DNA of 64,000 nt. It comes from Fistulifera solaris (Eukaryota). Made by a program: the position numbers and the translations under genes. The stretch is taken from assembly GCA_030295235.1 (NCBI GenBank), contig AP026155.1, forward strand, positions 186,001-250,000, read 5' to 3'. Shown one piece after another: positions 1 to 12,834 of this stretch (the stretch's first letter is position 1; each line of letters starts with the position of its first letter). The notes beneath the pieces were generated by a model. That model ran no database searches. It saw nothing but the letters and a program-made list of their open reading frames with translations, and had not been told where the DNA came from.

Positions 1-717
1 TCCCGTGTAATTGGGGTGACGGGTAATCTGATAGACTCCCGTGGTCGGTCCTTCGAAGATTCCCGATTTCGCTTCTCCCTGCTTTTGCTTCAATGCGTAC
101 TTTTGGAAATCGGCAATGGCTTCCATGATCGCTCCCACCCACGCTAAAAAAGACACCAGCCTGAGACAATGGAACGAGAATCGATGTTTCGGAAAAGTTG
201 CTCATGACGTAGAGCAGTGGTGTTGTCAAAAAAGCGTAGAAAATAGCCAGGCTAATCGCGAAAGGGAAACGTTGCAAACGATCCCCCGAGTCGTCCGGCG
301 GTAGCTTCTTATAGCTCGTCTGGTCTCGAAGGAGAAGAAAGCTACCTAAGCGAAGTCCATAGAAGACGGTAGCATAGGCCAGAGACGTAGGAAGAGCCGA
401 AGACGTCTCTCCATACGTACTCAGCAACGTAACTCCGATTGCCGCCACCGAGAAGCCATAGGCAACACCAATTCCGTAGAGTTTTTGATCTGCGTTAACG
501 GGACACAAACGGCACTGGCAATACACGTCAACGAGAGAACTCCATAAGGACCTGGTTGCAAATTTTCCGTGACCATAGAACTGATCTCGGCCGGAGACAT
601 CAAATGGAGTGATGTACCTCCACGGACGTGCAAGGCAGCTGTATTGGGTGCTTTATTGACAAAAGCACTCACCAACGGAGCGCAAAGTAGTAGCAGTAGT
701 ATTTTCGTGGCTTGCAT
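1..717 (-). CDS. DUF1295 / steroid 5-alpha-reductase-like membrane protein, probably plastid-targeted; runs off the window start
   Basis: Signal peptide with VSA-F motif (MQATKILLLLLCAPLVSAF). After indels at homopolymers near 485 and 148 it reads LYGIGVAYGFSVAAIG...YGLRLGSFLLLRD...EAIADFQK...GVYQITRHPNYTG. The RHPNY motif is typical of DUF1295. Confidence 0.75.
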
Positions 718-1094
718 GTTATCGTTTTAAGGTTCTCTCAGGTTTTATGGCTTATTAAATGTGATGTTCGACGCCGTTTTCGCGATGTTGATGTTGATCG
801 CATCGAACTATTTCGAAAAAACGCTTTGTTGCATGTCGGGCTTCTCATTCACCGCGTCGTTGCGGTTTTGCTATAAACCACAAATACCAAGCGAACCTAA
901 CGTATAACTACTACGTACTTCATTGCTGCGATGGAGAAAGCCAAACATTATTATTAAATTGGAGACCACGTTAACCAAATAGAACACTCTAGTGGATCAT
1001 TATCTGATGATAAGTTCATCACATCGCATTTCAAAACTACACACCAAGCCATCAAAAGTCTTCCATCCCAGTCTGGGCTGCACATCATGCCTTC

Positions 1095-3921
1095 TTACTT
1101 GATCAACCATGGATGTTGTAGCACTAGCTGGATACTGGGACGCATATCTGGATTGGGGTTTAGCATAAATACAATCAAGTCGCGCGATTCGCGACTAGAC
1201 TTGGACGGAAAGAACCAGTGCGGCCCCAGAAAGTTCTTTTCGTCGGCATCCGTAATGTTGGGATTCAAGGCACCCATCAAAGTGCTACGGCGGCTACGGC
1301 CAGATGACTTTTGAGTTTCTTCATACCACTTATGATAGGATTGGAACCGAGGGCATCGCAATAAGTCCTCACCGAAAGGGAGCGAACGAAACAGCATGGC
1401 GTACAAAATCACTCCCGCACTCCATACATCGGCCTTTGTGCCGTCGTACCCTTTACTACTTCTCGTTTCTCTCGTTTACATTCGCTCTGCAGAATAATTT
1501 CGGGTGCGACATAATGTGGTGATCCTACAATCGAGGTCATGCGCCGCAAAGGAGAAGGTCCTCCTCCGTCCGAATCATCTATTCGCGGTCGGCACATGAT
1601 GTCTTCCACTGAACCACAGGTCAAAAACGACAAAGCATTTCCGCCCGCCACAAGGAATCGATCCATCTGCACTTTAATCGGCGAAGGACTTGGCGGGAAA
1701 CTCTCTCTTTCTTGGTCGCGGTATCTCGTGGAGTCTGGTGTGTTTAAAATAGAATTTGGTGGGCCGCCTACAAGCGATTCGACAACAGTATCATTATCGT
1801 TTTGAGCAATAGATCCAAACTCAGCAGAAAGACCAAAATCGGCAATTTTCAAAACGCAGTCTCCATTCGGGCTGTTGTGGACAAGGAGGTTCTCAGGTTT
1901 CAAATCACGGTGAGCTATGCCGTTACAGTGACAATAATGTATTCCGCTCGCCAGCTCCAAGAAAAACTTCCTCATCACCGTCTCGGACTCTGTGAAACCT
2001 TCGGGTATCCGATCTGATTGAGAAATTTTTGCCGAGTTACTGCTTATCAAATCAAAGAGTTCCCCGCCACGAACCAACTCGAGAATGAGGAACATCGTTG
2101 ACTTGTTCTCTTGGATCAGTTCGAGAACTTCGAACAAATGAACGACATTTCTGTGGCGTCCAATCATCATCATGTTACGGATCTCCTTCGTTGCTGCTCG
2201 CCGTTGCCTTAACCATTTCAAATACTTAGACGGAACGGCAGGGATTGCGATGTAGGCTTTAAGCTCCTCGCAAAAAACACTTTGTCGTTCTGTATATGCG
2301 GCTCTGTAAATTCCACTAGTAAATAACTCAAAGTGTTAGTGATTTCTCGGCAACACGAATTGTAAGGGGGGCTGACGGTGACTCACGTTCGTTTGGCATT
2401 CATTGGCGTAGGATCGGAAATACTTAATTCTTCGATATTGTCCATCTGGAAATCGCGCGGTTCTTCTTGCGGTGTTATTCCTTGATTTACACGATCGATG
2501 GCTTCCATAATCTCTTTGAACTCTACGTCACTTGCACCAAATGGAACATGCCCCCAAATTTCAATGCATCGAGTAAGAGGAAGTTCTTTTAGTTCCCCAG
2601 AGGTAAGGTCTTTATATGCAGCCATTAAGCTTATGCGCAATCCTTTTCCGGACTTCCTCGATCTACTTGCACTGACGCATTATCATTGGAGGAGGAAGCG
2701 TAACGCTGAAGTGTTCGAAGATTTCGTGAATTTGGATTCACAAGCCACCATACATGGCGTTCTTCCATGGGGCGTTGTCCGAGTGCGACAGCTGGTTCGA
2801 GTGGTTTTCCGGGCCTTGCCACAACGGCCGTTTGTGTCACCGAGACGGGCAATGTTCGAAATCCAACCGGGTTCAAAATTTTTATTGCTACAGGTTCTTG
2901 AACTAAACTTGTTGCGTAAGCAGCGCCCGAGTTTAAACTATGTGGTGGAACTTCGCCCCCGAGAGACGACATAGCTTTAGCGAAGTGCTTGGACCGAGAT
3001 GGGGCGTCCACACTGTCGATTATCACTGTCAAGTTCTTATCAGTCTCTGAGCGTGTTGTTTCTAATGCGATTTCCTCGTAGACTCCAGATTGCAAAAGCG
3101 AAGAACCTTGATCATTATTCCCACGCCCTGTGGTTGAAGACATTGACAATACACTAGTGTCTCGAGCATCGATTTGCACCGTGGTGTCTTGAACCGCATG
3201 TCCTGCGCTAGCTGGCATACAAAGAAACGACGATACAGTATCATTGTCGGTAGTTGATTGGTCGGTGTAGCTGTTGTTGCTGCTTCCATGGGGATTGTAT
3301 GGTCCAGTTCGGACAGGATATTCGCTTAATGGTTGCAGACGAAGGCCTTCATACACGACACCGGCTACACCCCCACCTAAATAATTCCCCAGTTCGTAAG
3401 CTGGCTTGCCCTCAACAGTTAGTACCTGCCCATCATAGGAATCGACTCGACGACAGAAGCCATCGCGTTCTTTAAACGCTTGTTTCTGTTGTATTATACT
3501 ATTCTGCTCTTGTTCTTCAATATCGTCTTGCCACTGAAATAAATCAACTTTCCTATTCGTTTTCTGACCCATCGAGTGTATTGTTACTTCGGGGGTTATA
3601 TTTTCTGGTGATTGAGAATTTGATTCAATTGCAGAGCTATTCACTCTCATCGAAGGCGTCTCGTCTAAATTGTCGTCTCGTTGTTGATCTTGCTGCTTCT
3701 TGCTTTTGCCGCCGCGAAAAGAAAACATATTACGCTTTGATTTTTTTACTCGCAGCTCTTTGACCAGATAACGACTTCATCAGCGATAGGCCTTCGCCTG
3801 AACTTTTTCGACGAAACAACTTAAAACCATTGCTTCCCTGTAGATTCGATGCGCTGCTATACTGACTGCCACTGCTCATTGTTGAAGTTGGAGTTGTTCG
3901 TTTCTGTACTTCTGCGGCCAT
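1095..3921 (-). CDS. Ser/Thr protein kinase (CAMK/SnRK-like) with large insertions; one intron (2316-2386) and three apparent frameshifts
   Basis: Motifs appear in order across ORF pieces: LGGGVAGVVY, VAIK, HRNVV, ELVRGGELFD, HRDLKPEN, DFG, GSPHYVAPE, then after a shift YDGTKADVWSAGVILYAML and RPSIQLVLQHPW. The intron is GTGAGT...TAG. Shifts lie near 3745, 2645 and 1452. Confidence 0.9.
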
Positions 3922-4899
3922 TTAGCTTTTGTGTTTTCGTTGCTGTACAACAAAGAAAGGGATCTATCGGACGAACGTAGTTTATTTCTTCCAGACTAGT
4001 AGAAAGAAGGTTATGGAATTATCACTGTCGCACGTTTTCCTCCTTTTCCAAGCGTCCACCGAGCACCGAGCAAAGCGCGGTGCCGGGTGGAAAGGATTGC
4101 GACTTCCGGCTACACTAATAGAAATATTCGAATCGCCAGGACGTTTCCTAGTTATTAGAAGGGTATGTTAAATTTGCCGTTTGAAAACTTGATACTCATG
4201 GAATCTTTAACGAGAATCTCAATCATAGAGGCGAAATTTTCTTCAAATCCTTTATCACGTTTCATATCTATTATTTAATATCCGTTGTACTTGAAACAGG
4301 TTGTCCGTTGTGACATTTGGGCCTTCTGCGCGGTGCATGGTGTTTGCGTGGTGTACCCAACGCGCGGTCGCGCGCACGTCCTCAGTTCACAGTCACTCCC
4401 TTGATTTATGCTCCAGCAGCTACCGGTACATTTCTTACCTGGAGTCTGCCGTGGCCGAAGTCCGTGCAGCAGCGACCAGCAGCAAACCTCAATGGCCAAA
4501 AGAGCGAGTGGTGAGTAGATTTCATCGTATTTTATCATCTCAGCGGAATCGTCGACTGGATCATTTCGTTGGTATTCTTTAGCTTATATATTTGTATTGT
4601 CTTTGCGGTGTTTTTTTTTATCGGGCGGTAGCTGACAAGGCTCGACTTCAGCGTTTTGCTGGCGATGAACACGCTTCATCATGGTCATTTCACACCGCTG
4701 CCGTCTGCCGTGCGTTGCGTTTTCGCCGTAGGTTTGACATTTCGAATTCCTTCCCATCGTACATTGTAGTACATTGGGAGGGAATTTTACTCAATCGAGG
4801 CAATGCTGCATTTCTTCAACACCATGCTGAAGCACCTCACACGATCGATCGTTCATTCATCGTCTTATTTGCAGTCTTTTTCACATCAAACTATATACA

Positions 4900-5696
<797 letters not shown>

Positions 5697-6739
5697 CAAA
5701 AACAAACCTATGGATGGTTTTTGCTCTTCATTATTAGTATTACCTCTAGCGTAATTTTACGACATCATGAAATTTAGCCTTTTATTGGATGCACAATAGT
5801 TGCTATTTATCCAAGCTGTTCCCACCGCCACCACGCTTGAAGAATTATCTAAGACGTTGGCATCTTACAACTGCAAGAAAGAAATCATAGCAGCAACAGT
5901 CAGCTTTGAATCTATTCTGTGTGATCCGTTACTTCATTACATGAGCCATTATTCAAATTTGTAGAAGATGGATAATGACTTTACGAGCTAATGCATTCAG
6001 TTGTCGTAACTCATGACTGACATCCAGTCTTGATAAAACCGGCGTATCTGGGATTACTGAAAATGTTGAGGTGCATGATCAGGCAGATTTTAAACGCAGT
6101 CTCGGTCATCAAGACTGCATGAAAAGTTACCACAAATAGACTTGTTCCAGCCTTCCTTTGAGGAATCGCTCTATCCCAATTACTCCTTAAATTTAACCTG
6201 ATGCTCAAACCGCCCAACAGTAACACAACTAAACACTTAGCACTGTTTTGGAAAATAAGAATAACCATTTGAAACTATGTTAGTTGCAGGTGTGGCCGTA
6301 TGTTTCAGTTCTCTCGAGGTTAGTGCGAGGGAGACGAACATATCATGATTCAGGACTCACGACCGGAATTCAGTCGTGGCGAAAGGTCGCTTACACTTTA
6401 GGGGTATATTGCAAGCAGAAAGTGACGCATGGGGAGAAATGCAAATCAGCTATGAACAAATTCAACCAAACAACAACAAATTTGTTTCATAGGCATAAAT
6501 CTGAGCTTCGCAGACGAAGATTAATTAGCCTTTATTACCGAGCTTCGCGGTTTGCGGTGATCCTAGAAATGACGTCATCAGGTTCGGATTTCGGATCTTG
6601 GCATGAAAAAGTCGATGCATTCATTTTGAATCTGTTGTTGTTGTCGAACTGTTCCAGACTTATTTCTCGCGTTTACTGTTCATCATACTCACACTGAATA
6701 ACATCTTGCACGAAAGTCCTCTTCTGATAGAAAATCACA

Positions 6740-7942
6740 ATGATTGCACGGTTTCGACTCCTCCTCGTCTCTCTTTCTGCGGTGCTCATTCTTCGTCCGA
6801 CTGGAGCCTTTGCGCCATATTCTGCTAAAGCAAAAAGTATCACAACTGGTCTCCATAACGATAGAGTCGGCATCGTCGGGGCTGGTGCTATTGCGTTGGG
6901 TACTGCGGCGTTTTTGAATAATAACGCAATGCTGTGGTCACCTTCCGGTCGACCCCTTTCTGCCGAATTTTTCGTTACGGGTGCCCTCCAAGAGTCATCT
7001 TTTACCTGCCGAATCGCATCTTCCGCTCGAGAATTGGTGGAAGAAAACGAGATTATTTTTTTAGCACTACCAGCCAATGGACACAAACAAGTGTTCGATT
7101 CCATTGCTCCCTATCTACAAGAAAATCGGCATCATGTTATCATATCGTCGCATTCTTCGTTGGGGGGCTTATACCTTTTCTCCTTGTGTCAGGACAAATA
7201 CAACAAACGTATACCGATTACTGCCTGGGGAACGACCCTTGTGACGGCACGAAGGATGGATACCCAAACGGTTCGAGTAAATACCATTCGGCAAGCGGTG
7301 GATTGTTGCACGATACCAGCCAGTTACGATGCTACAGGAATTCACTGTACACTGTTCCCCAACATTCACTTCGAACGACGACCCGGCCTTCTGGCTATCT
7401 CTTTATCCAATTTGAATCCACAAAATCATTTAGGTATTGCCTTGGGCAACATGAGTCGTATGGATAAGAACGAAGTGTGGTATCAAAGTCAGAATATTAC
7501 TCCGCGCATTGGAAAACTGTTGGAAGATCTTGATCAAGAACGCTTGAACATTGCGGAGGCGTTGGGTTTGGATGTAAAAACGATCTTTGAGCATTTTTCT
7601 TGGAGTTTTCATGTGCCTATGACCGGCAGCATCGCCGACATGAATCAAGCTATTCATGAAGCCGGGAATGACGTCTATGGTCCAAATACCGCCGACACTC
7701 GTTACGTTACAGAAGACGTCCCATTTGGATTACCATTAATCATTCTTCTGGGTGAAATGGTCAATCGACCTGCCGTCTTGCATCGTGCTGGTGTAGACAT
7801 CATGTCATCCATGTATGGACGAAATTTTTGGGCCGAGAACGATTTACTCGCCGCGTTGAAGTTGGAACAATACACATTAGAAGAGTTACAGAAGGCAGGT
7901 CAAAGTGGCGTGCTACCGTCTTTTAAAGTTGCCTCGGTTTAG
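6740..7942 (+). CDS. NAD/NADP octopine/nopaline (opine) dehydrogenase family protein with a bipartite plastid-type presequence
   Basis: Rossmann motif GIVGAGAIA, ALPANGH, LSNLNPQNH, LDQERLNIAEALG, and the C-terminal RYVTEDVPFGL motif of the octopine dehydrogenase family. The N-terminus is a signal peptide followed by TGA-FAP. Confidence 0.85.
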   Translation: MIARFRLLLVSLSAVLILRPTGAFAPYSAKAKSITTGLHNDRVGIVGAGAIALGTAAFLNNNAMLWSPSGRPLSAEFFVTGALQESSFTCRIASSARELVEENEIIFLALPANGHKQVFDSIAPYLQENRHHVIISSHSSLGGLYLFSLCQDKYNKRIPITAWGTTLVTARRMDTQTVRVNTIRQAVDCCTIPASYDATGIHCTLFPNIHFERRPGLLAISLSNLNPQNHLGIALGNMSRMDKNEVWYQSQNITPRIGKLLEDLDQERLNIAEALGLDVKTIFEHFSWSFHVPMTGSIADMNQAIHEAGNDVYGPNTADTRYVTEDVPFGLPLIILLGEMVNRPAVLHRAGVDIMSSMYGRNFWAENDLLAALKLEQYTLEELQKAGQSGVLPSFKVASV

Positions 7943-8046
7943 CCAGTACAGGCAATTGCTATTATGAAACACGCGGTTAAGAGCCCTCAGCTATTGCAGC
8001 AGAGTCGATTTCTCCCCGGGATCCGACCCACCAGTTTCGATTTACG

Positions 8047-8376
8047 AATGGGGCACACGAGGGAAGGCTCAACAACGCACTCCATAAGACAATTTAACTT
8101 TTCCAGCGTTGCAGTGACGCGTCTACAGATCAATGCATTCAACCCAACAGAAGACATTCGACTTGTTTCCACTAAATTTAACGAGATAATATAAGCCACT
8201 TTTACTTTCTCAATGGGGCACACGAGGGAAGGCTCAACAACGCACTCCATAAGACAATTTAACTTTTCCAGCGTTGCAGTAACGCGTCTACAGATCAATG
8301 CATTCAACCCAACAGAAGACATCCGACTTGTTTCCACTAAATTTAACGAGATAATATAAACCACTTTTACTTTCTC
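8047..8376. repeat. Tandem duplication, 2 x 165 bp, covering the stop codon and 3' flank of the GDP-fucose synthase gene
   Basis: 8047-8211 and 8212-8376 both begin aatggggcacacgagggaagg and end ccacttttactttctc. Three substitutions are visible between the copies. Confidence 0.95.
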
Positions 8377-9335
8377 GCCACTTCGTAGTTTTCAACAAAC
8401 CAGTCCACCGATTTTTGGATTCCCTCTTCAATGCTAGTAAATTTATAATCCGGCAAATACTTACGAAGCTTCTTGTTTCCCGCCGTCTTTTTGAATTGCC
8501 CATCTGCTTTGGACGTGTCAAAGACGATTTCTCCTTCAAACTTCATGGCTTTCGCCACGGCCAAGGCGACATCCTTAATGGACACTTCGTCTTCTTCATC
8601 GACCGACAGAGTGATGGGAGTCGGATCATGATATTCCCGCAAGACCCAGACGGTCAATTCGGCCAAATCGATGCTGTAGACAAACTGTCGTAACGGCGTT
8701 CCGGAGCCCCAAATCGTAAAGGGCGTTTGGTCTTGCTTGGCCAAGTAGCATTTGTGTATAAGACCCGGAATCACATGACCCGACTGGATGCTAAAGTTAT
8801 CGTGCGGTCCGTAAATATTGGTAGGAATGATACTGGTAAAGTTGCATCCGTATTCTTCGGCATACGCGCGATTCATGGTATCAATGAGACGCTTCGCATA
8901 GGCATAACCTTCATTACTGGGATGCGGAGGACCGTCGTGCAACATGGTCTCATCGATAGGATACGTCGTCTTATCGGGGAAGATGCATGTCGATAAGAAG
9001 CTAACTAGCTTTTTGACGTTGTAGATGCGGCAGCATTCCATGACATTGTCGTTGATGAGAATGTTTTCACGAAAAAATTCGACCTTGGCGGCCATGTTCG
9101 CAAAGAGTCCTCCTACTTTGGCGGCCAAGTGAATGACATGCGTCGGTTTGTATTTTTCAAAGATCTTTTCACAGTCATCGCGCTTTCGCATGTCACCGTC
9201 TTTGCTAGATAAAAAAACCCATTCCTCTCCTTCCACTTGGTTCCCATTTTCAATGAATGTTTTGATTCCCATTCCGACGAGACCGGATCCTCCGGTCACC
9301 ATAATGACGTTCTTTTCATTTGCTTCGGTTGCCAT
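8367..9335 (-). CDS. GFUS: GDP-L-fucose synthase (GDP-4-keto-6-deoxymannose epimerase/reductase)
   Basis: [65 protein letters not shown] and DGQFKKTA. The likely start is MATEANEK. Confidence 0.96.
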   Translation of the reverse strand: MATEANEKNVIMVTGGSGLVGMGIKTFIENGNQVEGEEWVFLSSKDGDMRKRDDCEKIFEKYKPTHVIHLAAKVGGLFANMAAKVEFFRENILINDNVMECCRIYNVKKLVSFLSTCIFPDKTTYPIDETMLHDGPPHPSNEGYAYAKRLIDTMNRAYAEEYGCNFTSIIPTNIYGPHDNFSIQSGHVIPGLIHKCYLAKQDQTPFTIWGSGTPLRQFVYSIDLAELTVWVLREYHDPTPITLSVDEEDEVSIKDVALAVAKAMKFEGEIVFDTSKADGQFKKTAGNKKLRKYLPDYKFTSIEEGIQKSVDWFVENYEVARK

Positions 9336-10347
9336 GGTGAATGTCTGATGAATGTATTGAGAGAATGAGTCCAAGTGTTAAGTTGATCGAGGAGGGAGCA
9401 GTGGAATTTGCATTAAAGGTCAATACAATCTGCATAAATATAAATAACAACAAAGTCACTCCGACCCCAAGAGTGACCCGACCGAACGGACCCCCTTTTT
9501 TGGTGCCCCCGTTCCCGATCGTCTTGTGTCGTGTGGGCGTGGGTCAATGTCAGTTACTTAGATAGATGGTGTGTCGTATAGGTACCAGTTGGAGGAAGAC
9601 AGGTGCAAGAGAGCCTTCGGACGGGAAGTACCTTCAACGGAAATGAATCCTTATGTGTTTGTACGTTCCTGAAGAAGGAATACACCTATGTCCCATCGCC
9701 GGCAGCCGTTTGCAAGACCGTTACCTACGGTACTGAAGAAATGCTCCACCAAACCACAACCACACTACCGTCGTCGCTCTTTCCAACAACAACAACAATA
9801 ACAACGTAATAAGTTAGGCCAAAGAGAAAAAGGTGAGAAGATCATGGCGATTATTGATTATTTAATGGGTTTGAATGTCATCGAACATGAATGGATAGAA
9901 TGGCGTACTTGTTACATCAGGGCGAGACGGTTGACGGAAATCTGTGCTTTTTCTTTCAATCGTTGTTCTGATTTCGAAATCAGCTCCTTTTATTTTCTCC
10001 TCGATAGCTTTTTATCTTCTTCGATTTTGATCAATATTCGTTTCAAAAGACTTTAGAGTTGTTTTGATTGCAACAGATTCATGATCGATTGGCATTCGGT
10101 GCGCGAACATGTGACTCTCGTGCCATTTTCATAGCAAGGGTCCGTTGAAAGACGTTGTGCGATGCGTTGAGTTTTCGTTGGTCGCAGATCTCTTCTCATT
10201 GATGCTAAATTCGCATTCGTATGTTACTTCACGATTCATCATTGTTCTCTTTTTCTTGACGAAAAAATATCAAGATTGCTGATTCACTTTCTTACAAATT
10301 CATTCTATTTCGACTTGACAAACATTCATTCAGACACCACGCACACA

Positions 10348-10923
10348 ATGAGTGAAGAAAGCAAGACACCCGATGGCGATTATGTCATGATGGGCGCGAA
10401 TACCATCATTCCGGGCCGTGGCAACGGAATAACCCTCGAGTTGGACGATCCATCCTTGACGCAAGAAGAAAAAGATCACCGATTGGCCGTGGCCTTACAG
10501 AAACAAGAAAACACGGCCGCGTACCAAGAACACAAGAAAAAGCACGATGCTTACGTACAGTCGCAAAACTTTCGTACGCTCCGATCTGGTACATTTACCA
10601 AACTAGCGGCAGTTCGAGATAAGGATCACGGTATGTTAAGTGTTCCGGCGGCGTACTCAACGGAAGATGCCTACAAGCGAGCGAATGACGATGGTTTGAC
10701 GAAGAGCGATGGATATGTGGCACCGGCTCCGGGCGCGCGCCCTCAAGAGATTGCGGACTTTAAGCTAGCCGCCGAAATGCAAAAGGTGGAACAAATTGAT
10801 GCAGGGACGGTCCGAACGATGGAAAAGATCGTGAAAGAAGAAGTGGAAGAAGATCTGGCTCAAGCGCACCGTACCGAACGAAGCAACTTTCATATTAATC
10901 AGAAAGGCTTGTTCCACAAATAA
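10348..10923 (+). CDS. Hypothetical 191-aa protein with two MIU-like helical motifs
   Basis: Clean ORF from MSEESKTPDG. It contains EEKDHRLAVALQKQE and EIADFKLAAEMQKVE. Confidence 0.7.
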   Translation: MSEESKTPDGDYVMMGANTIIPGRGNGITLELDDPSLTQEEKDHRLAVALQKQENTAAYQEHKKKHDAYVQSQNFRTLRSGTFTKLAAVRDKDHGMLSVPAAYSTEDAYKRANDDGLTKSDGYVAPAPGARPQEIADFKLAAEMQKVEQIDAGTVRTMEKIVKEEVEEDLAQAHRTERSNFHINQKGLFHK

Positions 10924-11032
10924 GAATGGGAAACAATTCCTTGTTACAATGTTTGCAATCATCATACATTCCGTAATATGATAACCTGTTATCGAGCTTT
11001 ACTTTTAAACACTTTTTTCCTCTTGTCGAAAT

Positions 11033-12305
11033 TCATACACTCGCGAACAATGTTCTCCTTGTCGTCAGCATTGATTCGGGTAATTGCTCCTTCACTTTGG
11101 CCAGCTGCTTACTCGGGATCTCCTCCAGTACTTTGGGCACCGTATCCTGGTATATTGTGTAGTTATCTTTCTCCACTTCCACGAGCCGATCATAGACAAC
11201 CGGCCGAATGGCTTTGGTTTCGCGCAGAACGTAAGCCACCACTCCTTCATTGGGTTCTACCGAGTCACAGAATTCTTGACACGCCAGCAGTTTGTCATGA
11301 CACGCTCTTAGACGAGCAATTTCTTTCCCCCACGCTCCGGACAGGCGATGAACCACCGCTTGGTGATATTCCGCCTTAGCACCGTGAATCATGGCTTGTG
11401 CTTTGCAAAAGGGCGCCCATTCCGAATTGCAAACCGAGAATAATTCCGACGCTAAGCGCGGGTCCTGTGTATCTTTCAGAGCCGTATTGTATAAATGGTG
11501 CGCCGCTTGCGCCAACCCGGATAGATTCTTGTGTTTGGCAGCATCATCCTCTCCCGTGAGTGACATGATCCGATAAATGTTCGATTGTGCGGCCGAAAGG
11601 AAGAAAGATTCCCAGAAACTCAACAATGGGTTGCTGAAGTCAATTGTGTTGAAGTCTAATGGTGAAAGCACGAAGATTTTCCGTTGAAGAATGAGTCATT
11701 CGATCCAGCAGTAGTGAGGGAATTGAGGGCAATCCAAACGTACCTTCCGGTGCCACCAGCTGCTTTAAAATAGAAACGATCGTCGCAGCCGTTTGGTAGT
11801 AACTCACGGCTTGTTTGCATTCGTCACGGTTTGTTGGTTTACATTCCGTAGCAGCTTTGTAACTATACAGAGCCGCAATATTGAACATGACAACCGACCG
11901 TTCCCACGGAAAGTGAGCGTGCGTTTCCTTTTCTTTGTCCGACCAAGCTGCTTTCCAAGTCAATTGTATACCCGTCATCGCATCATCGATGGTGGGGAAA
12001 CCGCGTTTTTCAAACTCCAACAGAACCGCATGATATTCCTGTAAGTCGTCCCATACACTGGAGTTGTGGAGCGCCGCCGCATGCGAGTCCGGCCGTGTCA
12101 AGATATCAGAAATACTGTTTCGCAGCGACTGGAGTCGTAAGAGTTCGTCGCGACACGCTACGGAACAGAATTCAGGTTTGGGTAGAATGAATTGCAAGGG
12201 ATTTTTGAGATTATCAAAGGATATGTAATGATCACTGTCGAGCCATTGGGCCAACGCCGTCATTATGTCGTAACGAAGAGCCGGTTTCAGCGGTAATACT
12301 AGCAT
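11033..12305 (-). CDS. BRO1-domain protein (BROX/ALIX-like, BRO1 only); intron 11656-11743
   Basis: MLVLPLK start, LQSLRN, LTWKAAW, WERSVVMFNIAALYS, AVSYYQTAA, AQSNIY, WGKEIARL and VEKDNYTIYQDTVP. The 88-nt GT-AG intron joins the two ORFs in frame. Confidence 0.88.
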
Positions 12306-12834
12306 GGCTTTTTTATTTTAAAGAAAAGGAAAAGTTGGTAATCGAAGAAGGTGAAGAAGAGACTCCAGAGCCAGGATGAATGAAACAAATAAGAGAAAAG
12401 CATCTGCATTTTACTTTTACATCTATTTATATCATCATTCCTGTTGCAATCAAATTCGGGACTGAATAGAACCTTAGTCAGTCGTAGGGGGCCGTCACTC
12501 CTCATCAGAGACAATGAAACCTTAACCCTAGAAGGATTGAATGGTCACGAACTAAGGTTAACGTTTTCGATAGGACATAGGAGTAGGGTGCCTTATCTCT
12601 TATCTCTCGTCGAAACATCATCCAATGCGACGAGAACATTACGTTGAGAGACAACCGATTAAGACATACGATTATGCAGTGGATAAAGGGCGCATAAACC
12701 ACTTCACGGAAGAAGAAGAAAAAGACAACTCAACTTCGACGTGATTCTTCACAATTCATTGCGACATAAACTCTATTCAAGAAGTATTCTGTACAATTAT
12801 AATTAGATTATTCCATAGAGTAGTGCCACATTCA

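Noticed and set aside
7987..8364. 125-aa ORF with an internal 55-aa repeat
   Set aside because: It is a by-product of the 165-bp duplication in a 3' flank and has no protein-like features.
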